Shown: in pieces, positions 28,821 to 37,274 of the stretch | Position numbering within the stretch: the stretch's first letter is position 1 | Layout: every line of letters begins with the position of its first letter | Source: an uncultured Planctomycetota bacterium | GTDB lineage: Bacteria > Planctomycetota > CAZGEP01 | Assembly: GCA_964524955.1 (NCBI GenBank) | Contig: CAZGEP010000004.1 | Location: 3,627 to 67,626 of the forward strand | Length of the DNA stretch: 64,000 nucleotides | Reading direction: 5' to 3' | Made by a program: the position numbers and the translations under genes | The notes under the pieces: generated by a model | Told to the model about the DNA's origin: nothing | Seen by the model: the letters and a program-made list of their open reading frames with translations, nothing else | The model's database searches: none

Positions 28821-29685
28821 TCTCTTTGCCCGAATGATTCAGACCGCTTCATATTCAACAGAGCAGCTTGAGCCGGATGCACGTGAAGACATCACCTCAT
28901 TCATCCTCAACTGCATGAATCCGGACGGCGGTTTTCAGGGGCGTTCTGAGGAAAGCGACCTCTATTACACCTGCTTTGCGCTCATGTCCCTTCATGCGCT
29001 TGGAAAAACAATGCCCGAAGACACAACCGACTGGCTCATCAGCCAGGCCGCGAAGCCGCCAACAGATCGGGTCCACCTCGCCTCACTGATCCTATGCCTT
29101 GAAATAACCGGACAGGCTCAGAAGGCAAACCTGCTGCGAAAAAAACTCCAGCCATCCTGTGCGGACATTCTACACTGCAAAATATCAGGCAGCAAAAACA
29201 CTGAAAACCTGTACAGCATATTCCTGTCCATGCTCTGTATGAAACCCCCGGAAGATACCGTACCGAACGCTCAAAGACTGACCCGGGAGCTTGAGACGTT
29301 TCAAGTCCGAAACAAAACCTATGCCAACGAACCCGGCAGCAGCCAGTGCAGTACGCCGGCCACAGCCGCGGCCCTGGCAATTCTTTTCGCACTCAACATT
29401 ACGCCGGATCCCCGGACAATCAACCACCTGATAACCATGCATGAGAAGACCGGTGGATTCAGGGCCGCGGAACTCACCCCACTTCCTGACCTGCTCTCCA
29501 CCGCCACAGCCCTCTTCTCGATCAGTCTCCACCAGAGCATACCGCAAGCTATCAAGAAGCCGTGCCTGACGTTTATCCAGGACTGCTGGCTGAAAAACGG
29601 GGGCTTCTGCGGCAGCCTTGTGGATGATATGCCGGACTGCGAGTATACCTTTTACGGACTGCTGGCGCCGGGATGCGTTGGTTAA
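28813..29685 (+). CDS. Prenyltransferase/squalene-oxidase-repeat (PFTB-like alpha-alpha toroid) protein, cytoplasmic
   Basis: Repeated 'GGF' and aromatic motifs. The start overlaps the REase stop codon (ATGCCTGA). Confidence 0.5.
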   Translation: MPDLFARMIQTASYSTEQLEPDAREDITSFILNCMNPDGGFQGRSEESDLYYTCFALMSLHALGKTMPEDTTDWLISQAAKPPTDRVHLASLILCLEITGQAQKANLLRKKLQPSCADILHCKISGSKNTENLYSIFLSMLCMKPPEDTVPNAQRLTRELETFQVRNKTYANEPGSSQCSTPATAAALAILFALNITPDPRTINHLITMHEKTGGFRAAELTPLPDLLSTATALFSISLHQSIPQAIKKPCLTFIQDCWLKNGGFCGSLVDDMPDCEYTFYGLLAPGCVG

Positions 29686-30552
29686 AGACAGTCGATGGTC
29701 AATGGTCTATGGCTAATTGCGCTGAAAACCTCCGAATTGACAGGATAAAGAATGACAAAGTATGCATCGCACGGTCGCCGCAGGCATGCAGTTGATCCGT
29801 CCGCTGACGGAAGACACAGGGGCACGGAGAAAAACAACAGCTAAAGATTTTCAACAACGAAATAGACGAAATAAACGAAAAAACTGCATTGAAAACAGAA
29901 TTATGGGAACGCTGAAGATGCAAGAGACGCTATCAAAAGATCAGCACTGCCACAGCCGGTCATGGCCCGGCGCGTCCGGGGCATCCAGGAGCAGCCGACA
30001 CCGATTACGTCCTTATCCGTATATCCTGTTTATCCTGTAAATCCTGTCCAATTCTCTTTCTTTTTGTTGTTCTGAACTAAGACAAAATAGTAGACGGGAT
30101 TGACGGGTCGGCGGAGCCTTGTTTTTGATCCGCCTAGGCGGAATTGACAGGATGAGAAAAGAACAGAACTCTCCTTGTTCTGCGATTTCAGACTGTCAAT
30201 AAAAAGATGAATCCGCTCATCAAGCGTTTTCTCCCGGTTCTGGCTGGAAAGCAAAATAAACTTACTCGCCCAGATTGCGTGAAACTTAATAGTAGACGGT
30301 TTTACCAGTTTTTTATCCTCTAGATACTGCTGAAATTCTTTCAGAACAGCCCTAATATATTCGTTTCTCCTTAATAGGCAAAGTAAATGCTATTAAAATA
30401 TAGTCATACTATCATACATTCCAATTCGAATATTTCAAAAAAATAATTTTTTATTTGACACGGTTCAGTGGTTTTATAAAATTTACCGTTGTCAGAAATC
30501 ATAACTGTAACCTATACACACTAAATTGTTCCCGTCGCGCTGCGCGCGACGG

Positions 30553-30709
30553 GAACGGCGAGTTGAGGGCTTCGCCCCTCGCCCGATTAGTTCCCTGCGC
30601 GCTGATTCGCGCGCCGAGAACAAATCGTTCGAGGGGTCCATTGGCCTATCAACTCCGGGCGCTGAAGCGCCCTCCGATGATAGGTCAACGGCCCCTCAAC
30701 TCGCCGTTC
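30553..30709. repeat. GC-rich, multi-hairpin palindromic element (MITE/REP-like) with about 17-bp terminal inverted repeats
   Basis: Left TIR 'gaacggcgagttgaggg' and right TIR 'ccctcaactcgccgttc'. Internal hairpins include 'gagggcttcgcccctc', 'gcgcgctgattcgcgcgc' and 'gggcgctgaagcgccc'. Confidence 0.5.
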
Positions 30710-30720
30710 GAAGCAAGAGA

Positions 30721-30942
30721 ATGAAGAAACTGAATCGCGAAGAATTGATCATCCTTGTTCAACGCATCATGGATGTCGATGGCACAGAAGAAGAGATCGA
30801 CCAGATGATGGACACATTGGAGGCCAACGTGATCCACCCGGAAGTCTCCGATCTGATATTCTACTCAAAGAAGGAAGACCCGGCCGCAGAGGAGATCGTG
30901 GACGAAGCACTGGCTTACAAGCCCATCATTCTTGGGCCGTGA
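30721..30942 (+). CDS. Colicin/pyocin DNase immunity protein (Im7/Im9 family)-like small protein
   Basis: 73 aa. '...HPEVSDLIFYSKKEDP..EEIV' parallels Im9 '...[23 protein letters not shown]'. Confidence 0.55.
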   Translation: MKKLNREELIILVQRIMDVDGTEEEIDQMMDTLEANVIHPEVSDLIFYSKKEDPAAEEIVDEALAYKPIILGP

Positions 30943-31112
30943 GCGAGACTTCGAACAAGGTCGGTGGAGCGTACGGCTAAAGCCGCCGCTCACCGACGGC
31001 GTTCGCCGGAAAAAGACAGAGATTCCGCAGATTTTCTACGATTTCCGTAAAGCTATGGACCCGAAGATGGGTCTATACTCATAGCAAAGGAAATTTCTGC
31101 AAGGACAACGAC

Positions 31113-32066
31113 ATGAAAGACTTGGCGAAAACCATACAAAACGCCTGTTCTGGCGACCTATACTCATTCGGCAGACTTGTCACCTATTATCAGGATATGG
31201 CATACGCTTATGCGTACTCGCTTTTAGGCGACTTCCATCTTGCCCAAGACGCTACCCAGGAAGCATTTATTGATTCCTATCGGCACCTATCATCGCTTCG
31301 GGTTCCCGAAGCGTTCCCCGGGTGGTTTCGACGGATTGTGCTCAAGCACTGTAATCGACTCACCAGAGGCAAGAGCATACAAACCCTGCCGCTTGACGTG
31401 GCGGGAGAGCAGGAGAGTCCCGAACTGCGGCCCGACGAGGTGCTGATTCGGAGTGAAATACGCTCTTCCGTTCTTGGCGCACTACGGGCGTTGTCTCAGG
31501 ATCAACGGACCGTAGCCTCACTTTACTATATCAACGGCTATTCCCAAGCCGAGGTAGCCGATTTTCTCGATGTGCCGAAAACAACTGTAAACAATCGCCT
31601 TCATGCCGCAAGGCGACGACTAAAGGAAAGGATGGTCACCATGGTGCAGCAAGAACTGACGAACAATGCTCTGCCAAAGGACGAGTTCTGCCACGTAGTG
31701 CTAGACAAGCTCTCGAAGCAACAGGCGGGCCTGATGGCCGGCAGTCCAGTCAACAAGTTTGCCGATCTTGTCATTACCCAAGCCCTGCACGACAAGTGCA
31801 AGCAGATGAGCCTATCCCTCGATGAGAATGGCACCGTCTGCCTGAGTGCACTGTATGATCGCGAATGGAAGGAATGGGCTCCGCCTCCAGCTCGCATCAT
31901 CCCTGCGCTTCTTTCGTTTTTGGCTGCCGCTGCAACATCGGATTCAAACTCCGACGAGTTGGCTGCAGAACTTCCTTTTGTTGCGTCAGATGGTCAGAAG
32001 TACATCGCAACCATCGAGGTGAAGAACATTACCGTCGGGATCACGTTGCCGGAAACGGGGCACTGA
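31113..32066 (+). CDS. ECF-type RNA polymerase sigma factor with a roughly 140-aa C-terminal extension
   Basis: Region 2 'DATQEAFIDSYR' and region 4 'LSQDQRTVASLYYINGYSQAEVADFLDVPKTTVNNRLHAARRRLKE'. Extra C-terminal domain of unknown fold. Confidence 0.7.
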   Translation: MKDLAKTIQNACSGDLYSFGRLVTYYQDMAYAYAYSLLGDFHLAQDATQEAFIDSYRHLSSLRVPEAFPGWFRRIVLKHCNRLTRGKSIQTLPLDVAGEQESPELRPDEVLIRSEIRSSVLGALRALSQDQRTVASLYYINGYSQAEVADFLDVPKTTVNNRLHAARRRLKERMVTMVQQELTNNALPKDEFCHVVLDKLSKQQAGLMAGSPVNKFADLVITQALHDKCKQMSLSLDENGTVCLSALYDREWKEWAPPPARIIPALLSFLAAAATSDSNSDELAAELPFVASDGQKYIATIEVKNITVGITLPETGH

Positions 32067-32166
32067 TTGATCCGGCGAACAACCACATTCAGCATATTGT
32101 CGCTGGCGCGCCAGATGCTGATGTGAAGCGTTATGTGCAAGAAGACAAAAGGAGAAATCAAAGAAT

Positions 32167-32757
32167 ATGAGCGTAGAATTACTTTCTGACTTTATCAGAG
32201 AAAAATATGAGGTGCATGAATGGAAACATGCGTGTGCCATATTGAAAGAGGATTTTACGAACGAATGGAATGATATTATATCTGTATTGGAAAGTTTTCG
32301 CCTAAAAAAGAGTTGGATTACAACTCCAGGAGGCAGGAAATCAAAGGTTTCTGCATATATTGATGGCTATTTATATGATAGGGATTGGGTTGAAAAAGAA
32401 TTTGAGACGAAAGTGACTGTTGATGATCATACAATGGACACACCAACTCATAAAATCGACTGTTTTAAAAATAGAGTGGCTCTTGAAATTGAGTGGAACA
32501 ACAAGGACCCTTTTTATGACCGAGACCTAAATAATTTCAGATTACTGTTTGATTTACGTGCAATTAGCGTTGGAGTGATCATTACACGCTGTGAAGATCT
32601 TCAAGATATTTTCAATGATTTGGGAAGAGGGGCATCTTATGGTGCATCTACAACGCATATGGGGAAATTACTCCCAAGGATTGAAGGTGGAAGTGGAGCT
32701 GGTTGTCCACTCGTTGTTTTTGGAATATCAAAATCACTTTATGTGGAGGATTGCTAA
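32167..32757 (+). CDS. Type II restriction endonuclease of the BglII/BamHI/BstYI family
   Basis: 'KIDCFKNRVALEIEWNNKDPFYDRDLNNFRLL' aligns with BglII 'DIDFGKRDTLVEVQFSNYPFLLNNTVRSELF' (D-x8-E-x-E/Q). RBS 'aaaggag'. AT-rich. Confidence 0.6.
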   Translation: MSVELLSDFIREKYEVHEWKHACAILKEDFTNEWNDIISVLESFRLKKSWITTPGGRKSKVSAYIDGYLYDRDWVEKEFETKVTVDDHTMDTPTHKIDCFKNRVALEIEWNNKDPFYDRDLNNFRLLFDLRAISVGVIITRCEDLQDIFNDLGRGASYGASTTHMGKLLPRIEGGSGAGCPLVVFGISKSLYVEDC

Positions 32758-32759
32758 TT

Positions 32760-33410
32760 ATGAACGCATCTGATGATCTGTTAAATTTTATTGGAAAAAG
32801 AAAATTTTCAACAATACTTGCTGACCCTCCATGGCAGTTTCAAAACAGGACGGGCAAAATGGCACCAGAGCATAAAAGGTTATCTCGGTACCCTACGATG
32901 AAATTACAAGAAATTAAAGATTTGCCGGTTGAAGCTATTGCGGAAGACCGAGCACATCTTTATTTGTGGGTTCCAAATGCACTTTTATCTGAAGGCATGC
33001 AAGTTATGGAGAATTGGGGATTTAAATATAAAACAAATCTAATATGGTACAAGATTAGAAAAGACGGCGGCCCCGATAGAAGAGGTGTTGGATTTTATTT
33101 TAGAAATGTGACTGAAATAATTCTTTTTGGTGTTCGGGGCAAGAATATCAGAACACTACAACCCGGAAGAAGTCAGGAAAACATTATATCATCAAGAAAA
33201 AGAGAACACAGTAGAAAACCAGATGAACAATATGATTTAATTGAATCTTGTAGTTGGGGACCTTTCTTAGAACTTTTTGGTAGAGGGCCAAGAGAAGGCT
33301 GGACAACTTGGGGCAATCAGGCAGAAGAATATACCCCTGATTGGGAAACATATTCAAACCATTCTAATGGGGATAGAATAATACCGTTTAAGAAAGTCAG
33401 GACAGGTTAA
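32760..33410 (+). CDS. MT-A70-family N6-adenine DNA methyltransferase
   Basis: 'ILADPPWQF' (DPPW) motif. RBS 'ggagga'. Starts 3 nt after the REase stop. Confidence 0.7.
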   Translation: MNASDDLLNFIGKRKFSTILADPPWQFQNRTGKMAPEHKRLSRYPTMKLQEIKDLPVEAIAEDRAHLYLWVPNALLSEGMQVMENWGFKYKTNLIWYKIRKDGGPDRRGVGFYFRNVTEIILFGVRGKNIRTLQPGRSQENIISSRKREHSRKPDEQYDLIESCSWGPFLELFGRGPREGWTTWGNQAEEYTPDWETYSNHSNGDRIIPFKKVRTG

Positions 33411-33423
33411 TCACTAGAATCGT

Positions 33424-34269
33424 ATGCATTATTATACGCAAAACTATAACAATGTGATGGATTTTGAGCGATCATGCATGGTTGCAGAAGAAGCTAATCC
33501 ACCATTCTATTATGATGTTTCTAATGGAATAAAACTATATAATGCAGACACTTTTTCATTTTTCAAAAATATACCAGATGGTTGTGTTGATCTAATATTT
33601 GCCGATCCTCCGTATTTCCTGTCTTCAGGAGGTATAACTTGCCATAGTGGTAAAATGGAAAATGTAAATAAGGGGGAATGGGATAAATCAAAACCAATTG
33701 AGGAAATTCACAATTATAACAAACAGTGGCTATCAGAGTGCAATCGTATTTTGAAAAAGCATGCTACTATTTGGGTTTGTGGAACATTTCACAATATTTT
33801 TTCTGTCGGATTCGCTTTGCAAGAATTAGATTTTAAAATATTAAACAATATAGTGTGGGAAAAGAAAGATCCTCCGCCGAATTTAACAAAAAAATACTTT
33901 GTCCATGCTTCTGAACATCTTCTTTGGGCATCAAAAACAAAATATTCTAAGCATATCTTTCATCAAGATGCTCTCAAAGAAGTTTCAAACGGGGAACCAA
34001 TGAAGTCTGTATGGAGGGATATATGGAAATTGCCATCAGTAGATCATTTAGAGAAAGTTTTTGGTAAACACCCAACACAAAAACCAGAAGAGGTTATTCG
34101 GAGAGCAGTGCTTGCATCAAGTAATATTGGGAGTCTGGTTTTCGATCCATTTTGTGGTAGTGGGACAACAGGAGTTGTCTGTAGAAGAATGAACAGAAGG
34201 TTTGTTGGCGTTGATAATAATTTAAAGTACTTGGATATCGCAAAAAAAAGAATAGCATCAGTAAAATGA
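33424..34269 (+). CDS. Beta-class DNA methyltransferase (N4-cytosine or N6-adenine; DPPY)
   Basis: Motif IV 'FADPPY' precedes motif I 'DPFCGSGTTG'. Confidence 0.7.
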   Translation: MHYYTQNYNNVMDFERSCMVAEEANPPFYYDVSNGIKLYNADTFSFFKNIPDGCVDLIFADPPYFLSSGGITCHSGKMENVNKGEWDKSKPIEEIHNYNKQWLSECNRILKKHATIWVCGTFHNIFSVGFALQELDFKILNNIVWEKKDPPPNLTKKYFVHASEHLLWASKTKYSKHIFHQDALKEVSNGEPMKSVWRDIWKLPSVDHLEKVFGKHPTQKPEEVIRRAVLASSNIGSLVFDPFCGSGTTGVVCRRMNRRFVGVDNNLKYLDIAKKRIASVK

Positions 34270-34367
34270 AAAATAGAGAGAAATTGCACATAACAAATCA
34301 CTGCACTGGATTTTTACTCCGCTGCGCTCCGTAAAAACCAGTGAGTTCAGTCGTTGGCGCCACTGCA

Positions 34368-35801
34368 ATGAATAAAAACAAGCCAAATATCATTCTGTTC
34401 ATCACGGAACAACACCGCGGTGACTGTCTCGGCATAGAAAACCACCCCGTGTTGATGACCCCGAACATGGACGCCATCGCGGGCGCGGGCGTCCGTTTCA
34501 CCCGGGCCTACTCCAACTGTCCGACCTGCATTGCCGCGCGACGCACGATTCTGTCCGGCCAGTTCCCCCCCACCCACGGTATGGTCGGATATCAGGAGGA
34601 TGTACCCTGGGAAATCGAGGACACCCTTCCTGCGGTCCTGTCGAAAGCGGGTTACGAAACCGCCTGGATCGGACGCAGCATGCACCAGTACCCGATCGAC
34701 AAACCGTTCGGGTTCGAGCACTACGTCCGAAGCGGGCTCGACGCGGCGAGCCCCTACATGCGTTTCTTTCGCGAACGCCGACCCGACGACTGGGAAGCCC
34801 AATTCGGCACCGGCATCAGGAACAACGATTGGACCTCGCGGCCCTGGCATTTGGACGAGGACCTGCATCACACGAGCTGGACGGTCCATGAAGCGTTGCG
34901 CTTTCTCAGAGACCGCGATACGACGCGGCCCTTCTTCCTGGTGGTTTCGTTCCTTGCCGCCCATCCGCCCCTGGTGCCGCCCGCGTTCTACCTGGAGCGC
35001 TACATCCGCACCGGAGTTCCTGATCCCGTGATCGGCGACTGGGCCGAGCCGCCTCCCAATGGCGGCAAGGGGCTGGATATCGGCGGACACCGGGTGGACC
35101 TGAAAGGGGAAGCCCTGCTATGCGCGCGAGCCGGCTACTACGGGCTAATCAACCACATGGACGATCACATCCGCCGCCTCCTTAACCCCGTGGCCGGAGT
35201 GGACCGCATGACGGGCAACAACACGGCCGTCATGCTGACAAGCGACCATGGCGAGATGCTTGGCGACCACTATCGGTGGCACAAGGTCGTCCCCTACGAG
35301 CCGTCCGCGCGCATCCCGATGCTGCTGCGTGCTCCGGCACACTTCGGAATCGAGCCCGGAACCGTGATCGACCGGCCCGTTTGCCTGACGGACGTCATGC
35401 CGACGTTGCTCGACCTGGCGGGCACGCCCGTGCCGCCAGGCGTAGAGGGACTGAGCCTCTTGCCGCTGCTACGCGGCGAAGAGACATCCTGGCGCGACTA
35501 TCTTCACATCGAACATGCGCCCATGCACCATGCGCTGACGGATGGTCGGGAAAAATATGTCTGGTTCGTCACCGACGGCCGCGAGCAGCTCTTCTGCCTG
35601 GACAACGATCCCTCGGAGTGCCATGATCTGGCCGGTTGTCCCGCGGCAGCGGAACGCCTATCACACTGGCGGGGACGAATGATTCAGGAACTGGACGGCC
35701 GCCCGGAGGGTTTCTGTGATAGCGGAACCCTCATTCCCGGCAGTGAGTACAAACCTGTGTGCTCGCGCGCCAACAAGCCGGATGCTCGCGACGGCTCATA
35801 G
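34368..35801 (+). CDS. Sulfatase, no signal peptide, variant FGly motif C-I-A-A-R
   Basis: 'MNKNKPNIILFITEQHRGD' and 'CPTCIAARRTILSGQ'. High GC. Confidence 0.75.
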   Translation: MNKNKPNIILFITEQHRGDCLGIENHPVLMTPNMDAIAGAGVRFTRAYSNCPTCIAARRTILSGQFPPTHGMVGYQEDVPWEIEDTLPAVLSKAGYETAWIGRSMHQYPIDKPFGFEHYVRSGLDAASPYMRFFRERRPDDWEAQFGTGIRNNDWTSRPWHLDEDLHHTSWTVHEALRFLRDRDTTRPFFLVVSFLAAHPPLVPPAFYLERYIRTGVPDPVIGDWAEPPPNGGKGLDIGGHRVDLKGEALLCARAGYYGLINHMDDHIRRLLNPVAGVDRMTGNNTAVMLTSDHGEMLGDHYRWHKVVPYEPSARIPMLLRAPAHFGIEPGTVIDRPVCLTDVMPTLLDLAGTPVPPGVEGLSLLPLLRGEETSWRDYLHIEHAPMHHALTDGREKYVWFVTDGREQLFCLDNDPSECHDLAGCPAAAERLSHWRGRMIQELDGRPEGFCDSGTLIPGSEYKPVCSRANKPDARDGS

Positions 35802-35839
35802 CCGCGCGAGATCCGCGACGTTCGCTCAACTGAAGAAAC

Positions 35840-37159
35840 ATGGAGATGTGCATGACACATAAGAATATCCTCCTAATTACGACAGATCAGCAGAGTTCCA
35901 CCATGCTAAGCTGCAGCGGTAATCCTGACCTGCACACACCACACATTGATACATTGGCGTCGGATGGTGTGCGCTTCGAAAAAGCATATGCAGCCCAACC
36001 GCTTTGTATTCCACAACGCTGTTCTTGGTACACGGGCCTCATGCCACACCGCCACGGAATTACTTTCAATGTGACAAACAAAGACATCCAGGCAGAATCA
36101 ATGATGGGGCAGATATTTCGGGACGCGGGCTACGCAACCGGATATTCCGGAAAGTGGCACATCAATACTTCGCCTGAAAACAAACCATTCCACGGATTTG
36201 AGTGGATGAACAATATCCGGTGCAACGGTGCAGACGCGGGGATTGCGGCTGACTTTGAAACGTTTCTCAGTATGAATTGTGACCGACCGTTCATCTTTTC
36301 AGCCTCATTCAATAATCCCCATAACATATGTGAAGCCGCTCGCGGAGGCCCATTTCCCGACGGCGAACCGGGCTTGCCAGAGAATACGAACCAGTTGCCT
36401 CGACTTCCGGAGAATTTCGGCGTGCCCGAAAGGGAACCTTCCGTGATCCGCGAAGTGCAAAATATGTTGAGAATAAGTAACTATCCAACGAGCAACTGGG
36501 ACGAGATGCGATGGCGTCTGCACCGCTGGTTCTACTGCCGACTTACGGAAATTGTAGACAGGCGCATTGGCGGGCTTCTTGAAACCCTGCAACAAAGAGG
36601 TCTGAGCGACAACACGCTTATTGTCTTTACTAGTGATCATGGAGACGGCAACGCCCACCACCAATGGAACCAGAAACAGGTATTGTATGATGAATCGGCG
36701 AGGGTGCCCTTTATTGTGAGCCGGCCAGGTAGCAGAATGAATCGTCTCGACGGAAAACAGCTCGTCAATACAGGGATTGATCTCATTCCTACATTATGCG
36801 GGCTTGCCGAGATTGACTGTCCGCCTCACCTGGATGGTCATGATTGGTCCGAGGCGTTGTCAAACGACGATCTTCCATCACGGCGAGACCATGTGATTAT
36901 CGAGACGGAATTTGGAACGTTCGGAAAGCCATTGGGGTATCGGGGACGGGCGGTGCGCACTGGGCGCTATAAATACATGGTTTATGATCGGGGTGAAAAC
37001 CGTGAGTATTTTTGCGATATGAATAACGACCCCGGCGAGACTATCAACCTTGCCGGCATCCCTGACCATCAAGAGGAATTGCTTAGTCACCGCGCCCTTC
37101 TGCGCGACTATATAGCCAAAACCGACGACATATTTCCTGTTGAGATGCTACCGGCTTAA
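35840..37159 (+). CDS. Sulfatase, no signal peptide (C-I-P-Q-R)
   Basis: 'NILLITTDQQ', 'CIPQRCSWYTG' and 'GKWHI'. Confidence 0.8.
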   Translation: MEMCMTHKNILLITTDQQSSTMLSCSGNPDLHTPHIDTLASDGVRFEKAYAAQPLCIPQRCSWYTGLMPHRHGITFNVTNKDIQAESMMGQIFRDAGYATGYSGKWHINTSPENKPFHGFEWMNNIRCNGADAGIAADFETFLSMNCDRPFIFSASFNNPHNICEAARGGPFPDGEPGLPENTNQLPRLPENFGVPEREPSVIREVQNMLRISNYPTSNWDEMRWRLHRWFYCRLTEIVDRRIGGLLETLQQRGLSDNTLIVFTSDHGDGNAHHQWNQKQVLYDESARVPFIVSRPGSRMNRLDGKQLVNTGIDLIPTLCGLAEIDCPPHLDGHDWSEALSNDDLPSRRDHVIIETEFGTFGKPLGYRGRAVRTGRYKYMVYDRGENREYFCDMNNDPGETINLAGIPDHQEELLSHRALLRDYIAKTDDIFPVEMLPA

Positions 37160-37274
37160 CTGTTGTCCTTGATCATAGGCAAATTAACGAAGAGGGAAAT
37201 AGCAGGAGCGAACAAGCCGTTGCTCGCGACGGCTTATAGCCGCACGAGAACGGCGAGTTCGGAGACAAGACAAT

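Noticed and set aside
29762-30254. Small ORFs (92 aa and 74 aa) in the 29.7-30.5 kb non-coding stretch
   Set aside because: Basic, low-complexity translations with no RBS or homology features. The region is better explained as repeat-rich non-coding DNA.
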